Origin: Eledone cirrhosa
Lineage: Eukaryota
Direction: 5' to 3'
Assembly: GCA_964016885.1 (NCBI GenBank)
Contig: OZ024749.1
Coordinates: forward strand, 27,962,001-28,026,000
Length of the DNA stretch: 64,000 nt
The position numbers and the translations under genes were made by a program. The notes beneath the pieces are model-generated. The model searched no databases, was not told where the DNA came from, and saw only the letters and a list, made by a program, of their open reading frames with translations. Shown in pieces: positions 12,627 through 25,609 of the stretch (positions are counted from its first letter, which is position 1; the number at the start of each line of letters is the position of its first letter).

Positions 12627-13008
12627 ATCACCATCATCGTTTAACGTCCATCTTCCATGCTAGCATGGGTTGGATGGGTTTGTCCCACTTGAGGCAAGAT
12701 TGGTCAGGTGACCGTGTTTCGCTCGCACAGAACTGTTTCTGGCAGATTTTCTACGGCTGGATGCCCTTCCTAACACCAACCACATTTACAGCGTGGACTG
12801 GGAATCTTTTTACCGTATCTCCTACACGACCACTTTATAGTGAACGGAAGTGGGAGGATAAAGTAGAGGTGTGGTGTGGGTTGTATATTGGGTTAAGAGG
12901 TGCCTACTGACTGTAGGTTTAAGTTTGTATTTAAGGGAAGGCGGGTCTTCTGTATAACTGCATAGCGCCAAAAATCTTGATCCAGTGACATTGTGTTAGA
13001 GAGGTGTG
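12627..13008 (-). mobile_element. RTE LINE 3' fragment (diverged subfamily)
   Basis: CATCGTTTAACGTCCATC...GGATGCCCTTCCTAACACCAACC...GGCGGGTCTTC...CCAGTGACATTG. Confidence 0.75.
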
Positions 13009-13010
13009 TG

Positions 13011-13054
<44 letters not shown>

Positions 13055-13271
13055 TCACTAACATTAATATAAAAAAATAATAATCATGTATAATTATTTT
13101 AATTATTTTTCTCATATTTTTGTAGAGAAGGGCTTTAAATTTCATATAACTTAGGGCCTCAGCAGGTGAAAGTCCGGCCATGATCATGATATTAGAACAA
13201 TGGGGTATATTAACCCTTCACAGACGAAGCCCACTGAGGGTTCTTTGTGGAATAAACCAGATTTTTAAAAG

Positions 13272-13688
13272 GGACAAATAAAATAATTGTTTCTACTTTA
13301 GGCACAAGGCCAGCAATTACCAAGTACATTACTGGTACTTTATTTTATCGACCCCGTAAGGATGAAAGGCAAAGTCAACCTCGGCGGGATTTGAACTCAG
13401 ATCGTAAAGGGACGTAACTATGCCGGAAAGCATGGCGTCCGACCCTCCACTGATACTGCCAATCCACCGCCCTAAATTTGTCCCCACCGGGACAAATAAA
13501 ATAATTGTTTCTATTTTAGGCACAAGGCCAGCAATTACCCAGTGCATTACTGGTACTTTATTTTATCGACCCCGTAAGGATGAAAGGCAAAGTCAACCTC
13601 GGCGGGATTTGAACTCAGATCGTAAAGGGACGTAACTATGCTGGAAAGCATGGCGTCCGACCCTCTACCGATACTGCCAATCTACCAA
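13272..13688 (-). mobile_element. Tandem pair of family D SINEs
   Basis: Copies at 13283-13473 and 13501-13688, both preceded by GGGACAAATAAAAT. Confidence 0.85.
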
Positions 13689-13892
13689 AATAATGATATT
13701 ATTTTAGAATTCTGTAAAAAATATTTGAAACCCAATAGAGATAGAAAAGTGTAAGGGTTACATCTGATTGAGGCTTCTTGGGTGTTTTAATGATAGGAGC
13801 CCTCGGTCCTATCATTAAAAAGGTCCTTCTCGACCAGACAGCAATCTGTTGCAAAGCTTACATCTCTGTTGTTTCTGGTACTATATATAGTG

Positions 13893-14215
13893 TAGGCATG
13901 TGGCTTAGTGGTTAGGTGTTCAACTTATGTTCGCAAGGTCAGGAGTTCAATTCCTGATTGCATGTTGTGTCCTTGAGCAAGACACTTCATTTTACGTTGC
14001 TCCAGTCTACTCACTTGGAAAAATAAAGTGCTGTACCTGTAATTCAAAGGGCCAGCCGTATCACACATTGTATCACACTGAATCACCCTGAGAATTACAT
14101 TAAGGGTACACGTGTCTGTGGAATGTTCAGCCACTGGCACTTAATTTCATGAGCAGGATGGTCTGTTGTTCAAACAACTGGGATACTTGTTATTGGAACC
14201 AATGAAGGTCGAACA
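13893..14215 (+). mobile_element. tRNA-derived SINE (CORE-like centre, different tail)
   Basis: GTGGCTTAGTGGTTAGG..GGAGTTCAATTCC..CCTTGAGCAAGACACTT. Confidence 0.72.
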
Positions 14216-14256
14216 ACAGAGCGAGTGTATGTGAATTCATATATGTGTGTGCGTGT

Positions 14257-14661
14257 CATCATCATCATTTTACGTCCGCTCTTCCCTGCTTGCAAGGGTG
14301 GGACGGGTCCTATTCAGCACAGCATCTCTCCACTTATCACGGTCCTTCGTCATCTCCACCGTGAGCTTCATCAATCTGAGGTCTGCTCTCACCACCCCCG
14401 CCCATGTTTTTCGTCGTCTACCTCTACCGCGTCTTCCTTCAACTGGTATTTCTTGGCACTTCTTCACCCATCAGTCATCCTTCATGCGCATCACATGTCC
14501 ATACCATCGCAGTCTCCTCTCCCGCACACTACAATTTATACCTCTCAAACACAGTTTCTCTCTCAACACATTCCATGCTCGGTCGTTCACGCACATTGAC
14601 TTTGCACATCCAACGGAACATGCTTGCCTCATTTCTCTCTAGCCGTCGCATATCCTCTGCA
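14257..14661 (-). mobile_element. RTE LINE 3' fragment (second family)
   Basis: The - strand encodes AEDMRRLERNEASMFRWMC..(frameshifts)..GRRGRGRRRKTW..DLR..TKDRDKWR, with a (GAT)n tail. Confidence 0.85.
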
Positions 14662-15062
14662 GTGTGTGTATGAGAGCATGTGAGTGGGTATGTATGTATG
14701 TATGTATGCGATCATCATTATCTCCAGCTAACATATTCAATTCAGTAACCATGACATAACTATTACAACCACCACCAGTACTAATACAACCTCTACTACT
14801 AGTGTTTATAGTTAGTAAATAAAACAGCAACAATAACAACAACTACTACTACAGCAACTAGTTTAGTAAATATAGCTATTACCACCACCACTACTACTAC
14901 AGCAACTAGCTAGTAAATCAAACTATTACTACCACCACTACCGCTACTAGCTATCATGTTTTATTTTGTTATTACGAACAAGATATACAAAACAAAACTG
15001 CATGGGTGTTTACAATGGCGTTGATGAGAGAGAGAGAAAGTGAGAATGACAGACAGACAGAC

Positions 15063-15247
<185 letters not shown>

Positions 15248-15355
15248 GGCTGTCAGCCATAAAACGGTTATTTAACTATTAAATGGATCAATTTATGCAA
15301 CAACCGGATAGAAATGTCAAATATACACATACATATACACACACATCAGAGAAGT

Positions 15356-15406
15356 TCTTGTCTAATGACCCTGTGATAAACAGGCGAAACTCCAGAGTAA
15401 CAAGAC
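15356..15406 (+). ncRNA. Degenerate type I hammerhead
   Basis: TCTTGT-CTAATGA(G>A in core)-CCCTG..CAGGC-GAAA-CTCCAGAG-TA-ACAAGA. Confidence 0.55.
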
Positions 15407-15426
15407 TCATTTTTTAGCCTTAATGA

Positions 15427-15697
15427 TAATTGTTTCTACTTTAGGCACAAGGCCAGCAATCACCCAGTACATTACTGGTACTTTATTTTATCGACCCCGT
15501 AGTTTCTACTCTTGGCACAAAGCCAGCAATTATTCCAGTGGTACTGTGTATTACTGGTACTTTATTTTATCGACCCCGTAAGGATGAAATGCAAAGTTAA
15601 CCTCGGTGGGATTTGAACTCAGATCATAAAGGGCCGTAACTCTTTGCTGCAAAGTATGGCGTCAGACCCTCTACCGATACTGCCAATCTACCGCCCT
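15427..15697 (-). mobile_element. Family D SINE with duplicated 3' end
   Basis: Partial 15427-15501 followed by a full copy 15502-15697. Confidence 0.8.
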
Positions 15698-15825
15698 TAA
15701 TAATAATAATGATATTAAACTCTACTTCGGTATTGAGTACTCTTTTCTCTCAGCCATCAACCCCATACGGATATATATATAAAATGAAATGATGATGATA
15801 ATGATATATATATATATATATATAT

Positions 15826-16018
15826 ATAGGAAAATGTTTAACCCCGACGGCAGAGCTCAAGCCGTTTCGACGGCTATTTCAGTCCAGAAATAGCCGTCGA
15901 AACGGCTTGAGCTCTGCTGTCTGGGTTAAACATTTTCCTATTACCCACTCTACTACCCTAAGTATTGAGTACTCTGGTGCGTATGGTCCATATGGTTCCT
16001 TACCACACCTCCTTCGTT
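15826..16018. mobile_element. Hammerhead family C element with palindrome centred on stem II
   Basis: 15826-15941 is a palindrome centred on GGCTATTTC-AGTCCA-GAAATAGCC. Each arm has GAAACGGC..GCYGTC. A unique tail runs to the (TA)n at 16018. Confidence 0.7.
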
Positions 16019-16734
16019 ATATATATATATATATATATACGGGTTGTGTAGTTGATGGATAAGGAGTATTTATAAAAAGAGGAAAGCTAGAATGGTAGAA
16101 AATTTTCCTTCATCAGTTGTCTGCTGGGGGTCTTGCACATTTCAACGCATTATATGTCTATATATATCCTTGTCAAAAAGGGTATGTATTGGTATATCTT
16201 TGTGCGTGTGTCTAGTTACACACAACTACACTACACTTCCATATACTGCCCTATATAACATTATAGTGCACCACCCTGTCTGGTATGGGTTGGACATGCC
16301 TTAAGATATCTTCTTACAGATTGTGGTTAACATCATACCTCTCTCTCTCTCTCATACACACACAGAGTAAGAGGCCACAGTAACTGATACACACACACAC
16401 ACACACACAGTAAGAGACCACAGTAACAGATATACATACACACAGTAACAGACCACAGTAGCTGATGAAGCTTGTTGCTATGCATGTCACAGTATGGACT
16501 GAGTCTATTTTATAGCACCACCAGCACGAGAGTGGTTGCCATGTACATGAAGAAGGACTAAAGTGTCCTCTATAGTTAGTTATATCTTCAAATCCATATT
16601 TCAGATTATTGTTCTCAAACATAAGCAGCTTTCTTAGTGTAAAATTTCACTACAATGAATAGAAATAATCATATCGTATCTGTTGGTAGAAGGAAGTCTT
16701 ATAATAGTAGTTGTAACCACAGGATGGTAGTTTT

Positions 16735-19557
16735 ACCCACACAGTTGTAGTATTAACCACACAGTTGTAGTATTAACCACACAGTTGTAGTATTAACCAC
16801 ACAGTTGTAGTATTAACCACACAGTTGTAGTATTAACCACACAGTTGTAGTACTAACCACAGTTGTAGTATTAACCACAGTTGTAGTATTAACCACAGTC
16901 GTAGAATTAACCACAGTTGTAGTATTAACCACACTGTTGTAGTATTAACCACAGTCGTAGTATTAACCACAGTCGTAGTATTAACCACACAGTTGTAGTA
17001 TTAACCACACAGTTGTAGTATTAACCACACAGTTGTAGTATTAACCACACAGTTGAAGTATTACCCACACAGTTGTAGTATTAACCACACAGTTGTAGTA
17101 TTAACCACACAGTTGTAGTATTAACCACACAGTTGAAGTATTAACCACACAGTTGAAGTATTAACCACACAGTTGTACTATTAACCACAGTTGTAGTATT
17201 AACCACACAGTTGTAGTATTAACCACACAGTTGTAGTATTAACCACACAGTTGTAGTATTAACCACACAGTGGTAGTATTAACCACACAGTTGTAGTATT
17301 ACCCACACAGTTGTAGTATTAACCACACAGTTGTAGTATTAACCACACTGTTGTAGTATTACCCACACAGTTGTAGTATTAACCACACAGTTGTAGTATT
17401 AACCACACAGTTGTAGTATTAACCACACAGTTGTAGTATTAACCATACAGTTGTAGTATTAACCACACAGTTGTAGTATTAACCACACAGTTGTAGTATT
17501 AACCACACAGTTGTAGTATTAACCACACTGTTGTAGTATTAACCACACTGTTGTAGTATTAACCACACAGTTGTAGTATTAACCACACAGTTGTAGTATT
17601 AACCATACAGTTGTAGTATTAACCACACAGTTGTAGTATTAACCACACAGTTGTAGTATTAACCACACAGTTGTAGTATTAACCACACTGTTGTAGTATT
17701 AACCACACTGTTGTAGTATTAACCACACTGTGATAGTATTAACCACACAGTTGTAGTATTAACCACACAGTGGTAGTATTAACCACACAGTCGTAGTTTT
17801 ACCCACACAGTTGTATTAACCACACAGTTGTAGTATTAACCACACAGTGGTAGTATTAACCATACAGTGGTAGTATTAACCATACAGTTGTAGTATTAAC
17901 CACACAGTTGTAGTATTAACCACACAGTTGTAGTATTAACCACACAGTTGTAGTATTAACCACACAGTTGTAGTATTAACCACACAGTTGTAGTATTAAC
18001 CACACAGTTGTAGTATTAACCACACTGTTGTAGTATTAACCACACTGTGATAGTATTAACCACACAGTTGTAGTATTAACCACACAGTTGTAGTATTAAC
18101 CACACTGTCGTAGTTTTACCCACACAGTTGTAGTATTAACCACACAGTTGTAGTATTAACCACACAGTGGTAGTATTAACCATACAGTGGTAGTATTAAC
18201 CACACAGTTGTAGTATTAACCACACAGTTGTAGTATTAACCACACAGTTGTAGTATTAACCACACAGTTGTAGTATTAACCACACAGTTGTAGTATTAAC
18301 CACACTGTTGTAGTATTAACCACACTGTTGTAGTATTAACCACACTGTTGTAGTATTAACCACACTGTGATAGTATTAACCACACAGTTGTAGTATTAAC
18401 CACACAGTTGTAGTATTAACCACACAGTGGTAGTATTAACCACACAGTGATAGTATTAACCACACAGTTGTAATATTACCCACACAGTTGTAGTATTAAC
18501 CAGACAGTTGTAGTATTAACCACAGTTGTAGTATTAACCACACAGTTGTAGTATTAACCACACAGTTGTAGTATTACCCACACAGTTGTAGTATTACCCA
18601 CACAGTTGTAGTATTAACCACACAGTTGTAGTATTACCCACACAGTTGTAGTATTAACCACACAGTTGTAGTATTAACCACACAGTTGTAGTATTAACCA
18701 CACAGTTGAAGTATTAACCACACAGTTGAAGTATTAACCACACAGTTGTAGTATTAACCACACAGTTGTAGTATTAACCACACAGTTGTAGTATTAACCA
18801 CACAGTTGTAGTATTAACCACACAGTTGTAGTATTAACCACACAGTTGTAGTATTAACCACACAGTTGTAGTATTAACCACACAGTTGTAGTATTAACCA
18901 CACAGTTGTAGTATTAACCACACAGTTGTAGTATTAACCACACAGTTGTAGTATTAACCACACAGTTGAAGTATTAACCACACAGTTGAAGTATTAACCA
19001 CACAGTTGTAGTATTAACCACACAGTTGTAGTATTAACCACACAGTTGTAGTATTAACCACACAGTTGTAGTATTAACCACACAGTTGTAGTATTAACCA
19101 CACAGTTGTAGTATTAACCACACAGTTGTAGTATTAACCACACAGTTGTAGTATTAACCACACAGTTGAAGTATTAACCACACAGTTGAAGTATTAACCA
19201 CACAGTTGTAGTATTAACCACACAGTTGTAGTATTAACCACACAGTTGTAGTATTAACCACACAGTTGTAGTATTAACCACACAGTTGTAGTATTAACCA
19301 CACAGTTGTAGTATTAACCACACAGTTGTAGTATTAACCACACAGTTGTAGTATTAACCACACAGTTGTAGTATTAACCACAGTTGTAGTATTAACCACA
19401 CAGTTGTAGTATTAACCACACAGTTGTAGTATTAACCACACAGTTGTAGTATTAACCACACAGTTGTAGTATTAACCACACAGTTGTAGTATTAACCACA
19501 CAGTTGTAGTATTAACCACACAGTCGTAGTTTTACCCACACAGTGGTAATATTAACT
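16735..19557. repeat. Minisatellite, 20-bp unit CACACAGTTGTAGTATTAAC, ~140 copies
   Basis: Direct reading, with occasional 18-bp and point variants. Confidence 0.97.
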
Positions 19558-19718
19558 TCAAATTGGTAGTCTTACCTCACAGGTCTGTCAGCTATTTATA
19601 CACACATCTAATATACACTATGTATATATCTTTACTCCCATACCAGCATCATCATTTTTACATCCATCTTTCAAGGCCTGAATGGGTTGAATGTGTCTTC
19701 CTAACCAATACAACTTAA

Positions 19719-19928
19719 CCCTTTAGCATTCACATTACTCTATATATACTATTGTATTTTCATGGTAAAGGCTTTACCTCACATAATTATCTGACATAAT
19801 ATCGAATTTATGAGATTTTGAAAGTATTTATTTTGAGAACAATACCTTAACATTAGTTTGAGTGACCAGTTATAGCCAGTTTTGACAGAAAAAGGTAGAG
19901 AATTCTGGCCGGTTTGAACATTAAAGGG
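19719..19928. mobile_element. piggyBac-type MITE
   Basis: TTAA|CCCTTTAGCATTCA ... TGAACATTAAAGGG|TTAA. A related decayed family lies at ~37627-37850 and ~49670-49893. Confidence 0.7.
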
Positions 19929-19954
19929 TTAATACATTCCTATATCACCTCAGA

Positions 19955-20610
19955 GAGGTCTGAAAATCAGAGATCAGCTTCTTCTGACATCTTCCTATTC
20001 TCCAGTTCCTTTACATTCGGAACTCCTGTCATTTCTTCACAAAGCAATCCTCCAAACACATATCTACACCAGTGCAATGTCCAGTTGCTGTCCACAAGGA
20101 ACTCCTGACATTTCCTCGCAAACACAATCATATTCCATACACATCATGTATTCACACCAGGGCAATATCCACTTCTCCAGTTCCTTTCCACTTGGAACTC
20201 CTGGTATTTCTTCAGAAAACAATCATCCTCCATTCACATCATGTATCCACATCTGTACAATATTCTTTTCTCCAGCTCCTTTCCACTCGGGACTCCTGAC
20301 ATTTCTTCACAAAACAATCATCTTCCATGTGCATCATGTGTCCACACCAGTACAATATCCATTTCTCTAGCTCCTGTCCACAACGAACTCCTGGTATTTC
20401 TTCACAAAACAACTATCCTCCATACACATCATGTATCCACACCAGTGCATCTGATACTTTTTAGGCTCTATTTTTTCCTTCAACTAATCTGTGCTTTGCC
20501 ATTCATGCATGCTAACATTACACATCCAGCGAAGCATGACATCCTAATTTCTGTCTAACATTTTCACATCAACGACATTCAATGACCGCGTCTCACTACC
20601 AAACAACATC
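19955..20610 (-). mobile_element. Decayed RTE fragment with an internally tandemised ~95-100-bp segment
   Basis: MLRWM codons at ~20521-20538 and GSET at ~20588-20600 on the - strand. The segment CCAGTTCCTTTCCAC..GGAACTCCTG..CACATCATGTATCCAC repeats 4-5 times. Confidence 0.6.
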
Positions 20611-20697
20611 ACGCTAGTGTGTATATTTATATATGTATCATACAAGCAAACACATACATTTATATCATCATCATCATTTTACGTCCGCTTTTCCCTG

Positions 20698-20734
<37 letters not shown>

Positions 20735-21259
20735 ACACACATACACACATGTGTGTATGTGTGTGTCTGTGTGGTGCAAGTGTGTAGATGGATGTGTATA
20801 CATATGCATGTGTGCATATAAAACTGCAGCATGCATCATTATCATGGTAGAATCTAGAATCCAATCACGTTATATAAATGGTTGCACAGCAGATTCCACT
20901 GAGAAAGCAATAATAATAATGATGATGATGATGATTTCTCTTAATGGCCACAGGGGCCGAACAACAATAGTAACAACAACAATAACAGTAATAACAATAA
21001 TGGTAATGATGAGATTTGTAAAAGATTCTCTGAGAAATTGTTGTCTAAATTCAAACAACCAAAGATAAACTTTGACCTATAAATTTGCTTAAATTTGAAA
21101 AAATTAACTGGAAGGGGTCTGGGAAGGGATCAGGGCAGAGATGGAGGGGTTGAGGTTATGGACCCCCTCCCCCTGCAAACAGATAAAAGAAAGAAAAAAG
21201 AAACAAACATATAATCAAACAGTGGCAAACTGCATTGCTTTAGTATTGGAGGAGGACAT

Positions 21260-22820
21260 AGTGGTGGTGGTGGTGGTGGTGGTAGTAGTAATAGTGGTGG
21301 CTGTGATGATGGTGGAGGTGGTAGTTGTGGTGTTGCTGATGGTTGTGTTGGTGGTGGTGTTGGGGTTGGTGGTGTTGAGGCTGTTGGTGTTGGGGTTGAT
21401 GGCATAGATAGTGGTAGTGGTGATGGTATTGCTGATGGTTGTGGTGGTGATGGTGGTGGTAGTTGTGGTGGTGGTGGTGGTGATAGTTGTGTTGGTGGTG
21501 GTGGGGGTTGGTGTTGATAGTGGTAATGGTAATGCTGATGGTTGTTTTGGTGGTAGCGGTGATGCTGGTGGTGCTTGTGGTGCTGCTGCTGGCGGCGGCG
21601 GTGGTGGTGGTGGTGGTGGTGGTGGTGGTGGTGGTGGTGTTGTTGGTGGTGCTGTAGTTGGTGGTGGTAGTGGTTGTAGTGGTGCTGTTGGTGCTGGTAG
21701 TGTTGATGGTGGTGCAGGTGGAAGTGGTGATGTTTATGGTGTTGGTGCTGGGGTAGTGTTGGTGCTGGGGTAGTGTTGGTGATGGTGGTGAAGGTGATTA
21801 TGGTGTTGGTGGTGCTAAGAAGGAAGGATTGGTCTGTTGTTGTTGTTGTTGTTGTTGTGGATGTTATAGTTAGACAGCAAACAATACATACTTGTTGTTT
21901 TTCTTATTTCAATGAAATGATACAATAGAGCAGAGACATGTGCCAACAGTGATGGGGGGGGGGGGGGGGGGGGTTAGTAATGGTAGGGTGATGGTGGGTG
22001 GTGGTGGTGGTGGTAATAATAATTGTGATGGTGGTGGTGGTGGTAATAATAATTGTGATGGTGGTAGTGGTGGTAATGATAATGAAGATGGTGGTGGGGT
22101 GGTAGTGGTGGGTGATGGTGATTATGATGATGTTTGTGGTTGTGGTAATAATAATTATGATGATGGTGGTGGTGGTGGTGGTGGTAATAATAATGATGAA
22201 GATGGTGGTGGGTGATGGTGATTATGATGATGTTTGTGGTTGTGGTAATAATAATTATGATGATGGTGGTGGTGGTAATAATAATTATGATGATGGTGGT
22301 GGTAGTGGTAATAATAATTATGATGATGGTGGTGGTGGTAATAATAATGATGAAGATGGTGGTGGTGGTGGTGGTGGGATGGTAGTGGTGGGTGATGGTG
22401 ATTATGATGATGTTTGTGGTTGTGGTAATAATAATTATGATGATGGTGGTGGTGGTGGTAATAATAATGAAGATGGTGGTGGTGGTGGGGTGGTAGTGGT
22501 GGTAATGATAATGATGAAGATGGTGGTGGTGGGGAGGTAGTGATGGGAGGTGGTAGTGGTGGTAATGATAATGAAGATGGTGGGGAGGTAGTGGTGGTGA
22601 TGGTGATTATGATGATGGGTGGTGGTGGTGGTGGTAGTAGTGGTGGTAATGGTGTTAATAATAATTATGATGGTGGTGGTGGTAATAATATTAATGATGG
22701 TGGTAGTGGTGGTGGTGGTGATAGTGGTGGTTAAAATAATTATGATGGTGTTGGTGGTGGTGGTTAAAATAATAATGATGGTGGTGGTGGTGGTGGTGGT
22801 TAAAATAATGATAATAATCA
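21260..22820. repeat. GGT/GAT/AAT trinucleotide-based low-complexity blocks
   Basis: Direct reading; two blocks separated by ~100 bp. Confidence 0.9.
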
Positions 22821-23175
22821 TGATTTGTTTTATAATAACGATTTATTATATCCTAGAACTGCAGCAATAACATAAACAGAAGGGGGAGGGGGGCGGTGTG
22901 GTGGTGATTATGGTGGGGTGTGATAGCTGTGGTGGTGGTGGTTGGAATTGCGGTGGAGGTGATTGTTATGGTAGTGGTGATTACAGTGCAAGAGGTGTTG
23001 GCCATGGCAAGCAGTGTAAGAAGTGGTGGTGGTGGAAAGAGGGAAGAGGTAGAGTGAAAGTAAATTTAGAAAGAAGAGGTGTTTCATTCCCCCCAATTTA
23101 ATTGTGTGGGGATGGCGGCAGAGTGGTAGAAGTAGCAGATCAACTTTTACAGGGTTTCATTTGGTTTGTAACATG

Positions 23176-23856
23176 CATATATATATATATATGAAAAAGT
23201 AAGTCCTTCATCAGTGACCCTCCAACCGTCCCAGGCATTTCATCGCTTTAAGGGCCATATACCTCAGGTTGGTGCGAACAACGGCTAAAAAAAGTCGTTG
23301 GAACACGTAAATAAAGGGGACGTTAGGGTAACAAACAAAATGGTTTAAGCAACGGAAAGTGAGAAGAAATAGACAAGTCCCAGATCTCTATGAATATAAA
23401 CTCGGTGAAATCGTGACCTGTGTGTAATTCTTTTCTCGCGCGTTCTTGGTCAAGCCGGTATGAAATTTTTTTCTCTCTCTCTCTTTCGTCTGCGACTTCA
23501 CAAAACTTATGTTTACCGAATTCGTAGACCAGACCCCTTCTTCTTCTTCTTCCCCCCGTTAGACTTGTGCGAAATTCCTTCCTTGCTCACATTTCAACCA
23601 GGTTTGATGGTCTTTTGTCTCTTGTTCACGATTTCACCGAGTTTATATTCATAGAGATCTGGGACTTGTCTATTTCTTCTCACTTTCCGTTGCTTAAACC
23701 ATTTTGTTTGTTACCCTAACGTCCCCTTTATTTACGTGTCCCAACGACTTTTTTTAGCCGTTGTTCGCACCAACCTGAGGTATATGGCCCTTAAAGCGAT
23801 GAAATGCCTGGGACGGTTGGAGGGTCACTGATGAAGGACTTACTTTTTCATATGCA
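23176..23856. repeat. Long near-perfect inverted repeat (~225-bp arms, ~210-bp spacer)
   Basis: 23191-23416 is the reverse complement of 23626-23851. The outer ends carry CTGATGAAGGAC. A single-arm relative lies at 55628-55840. Confidence 0.88.
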
Positions 23857-23886
23857 CCCCATTTGCAACGCGCAGCCATCATTATT

Positions 23887-23926
<40 letters not shown>

Positions 23927-23928
<2 letters not shown>

Positions 23929-24406
23929 ATCATCATCATCATCATCATCGTTTAACGTCCATATTCCACGCTTGCATGGGTTTGGACGGGGGTTTTCCCA
24001 CTTGAGACAAGAGTGGTTGACTTGCTCGCATAGGACTGTCTGGCGGGTTTTCTACAGTTGGATGCCCTTCCTAACACCAACCATGTTTACAGTGTGGACT
24101 GGGAGGTTTTTACCGTGTTACCTACACGGCCACATTACAGCGTGGACTGTGTGTTTTTTTGTCGTGACACCTACACGACCTCATTTGTTTCGGGCTGGAT
24201 GTTGTGACACCAACATAACTTTACATTGAAGGGGTGGTGTGGATGGGGTGGGGGTAGTGGGACGGGGTGTATTTTGTTAGAGGTGCCTACTGACTGTAGT
24301 AGGTTTCACTTTGTACTTAGGTAAGGCGGGTCTTCTCTATTACTGTGTAGCACCAAAGCTCTCGGTCCAGTGACATTGTCTTGGAGAGGTGTAAGTGTGT
24401 GAGGTC
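23927..24406 (-). mobile_element. RTE LINE 3' fragment
   Basis: Near-identical reverse complement of 39358-39812. Confidence 0.85.
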
Positions 24407-24409
24407 ATG

Positions 24410-24622
24410 TTAAGTATTTCTGTGGAAAAGATAAAGGAAAGAAGAGTGCTCTATGTAAAGTACAGAGCTATTCAATTATGTAATAAACAACACAATATAA
24501 TTATTCCATTCTTTGGATAAATAAAGATTCCTTCTGATGAACGATATCAGACGTTTCTGTTAGAACCGTCTAACTTCGTGAAACCTTGGGTAATGGAATA
24601 ATTAAATTGTGTTGTTTATTAC
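24410..24622. mobile_element. PLE-derived element with + strand hammerhead (~24528-24598) and an inverted arm
   Basis: TTCCTT-CTGATGA-ACGA..AGACG/CGTCT..TCGT-GAAA-CCTTGGG-TA-ATGGAA. 24480-24509 is inverted relative to 24592-24621. Confidence 0.65.
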
Positions 24623-24790
24623 ACACACACACACACAGATATGTATATATAGAGAGAGTCAGCAGTGCTGAGACTGGCAAGACCACTAATCATAGGAGTA
24701 CTCAATGCATGGGGAGATGCAGAGTTGGTATAGATATATGTAAAATCCAAACAGTTGGGACTTTCTCTCCCCCCCCCCCTCCTCTCTATA

Positions 24791-24824
<34 letters not shown>

Positions 24825-24928
24825 GGTAAGTTATTCCGGGTTGAATGGGTGGTAACTACAGAGATTCCTGATGATTTCTAAAGAATGAAATAGTTCTAGT
24901 CCTGTAAAATCTCATCTATATTAAAACT
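24825..24928 (+). ncRNA. Hammerhead family A
   Basis: GAGATTC-CTGATGA-TTTCTAAAGAAT-GAAA-TAG-TTCTAGTC-CTG-TA-AAATCTC. Stem I GAGATT/AATCTC. Confidence 0.68.
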
Positions 24929-24944
24929 ATATATATATATATAT

Positions 24945-25293
24945 GGAGGCACATGGCTTATTGGTTAGAGCATTGGCCTTGCAATCGAAATGTTGTGAGG
25001 TCAATTCTCAGACCGGCTGATGTGTAGTTTCCTTGAGCAAGACACTTTATTTCACATTGCTCCAGTTTACTCAGCTGTAGAAATGAGATGATAGGGGCAG
25101 GGGTCCCTATCATTCCACTGCAAAGTGGTCATGGAGGTGCCACGGCAAAAAAGCACCCAGCACTCACTGTAAATGAGGTTGGTGTTAGGAAGGTCATCCA
25201 GCTGTAGAAATCAAGCCAGAATCAGTTCCCGTCCCACCCTTGCAAGCAAGGAAAAAGCGGACGTAAAATGAAATGATGAAAAAAATGATGATG
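24945..25293 (+). mobile_element. tRNA-derived SINE, same family as 2984-3300
   Basis: High similarity over the full length. Confidence 0.8.
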
Positions 25294-25294
25294 A

Positions 25295-25334
<40 letters not shown>

Positions 25335-25385
25335 ATATATACATATATATATATAATATATATATATATATATAATATATATATA

Positions 25386-25423
<38 letters not shown>

Positions 25424-25447
25424 CGTCCTCATATATATATATATATT

Positions 25448-25520
25448 ACCTTGTCCGACGAACGAATGAGGACGTTTTTTTCGTATTCGTCTTATTCGGG
25501 AAACCTCTGGTAATGAGGTA
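25448..25520 (+). ncRNA. Variant hammerhead (CCGACGA core)
   Basis: CCTTGT-CCGACGA-ACGAATGAGGACG..CGTCTTATTCGG-GAAA-CCTCTGG-TA-ATGAGG. Confidence 0.45.
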
Positions 25521-25566
25521 ATTATATTGTATTGTTTATTGCCTAAAGTAGAAACAATTATATATA

Positions 25567-25608
<42 letters not shown>

Positions 25609-25609
<1 letters not shown>

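Noticed and set aside
16735-19557. CRISPR-like or telomeric repeat
   Set aside because: Contiguous 20-bp units without spacers, and not TTAGGG.
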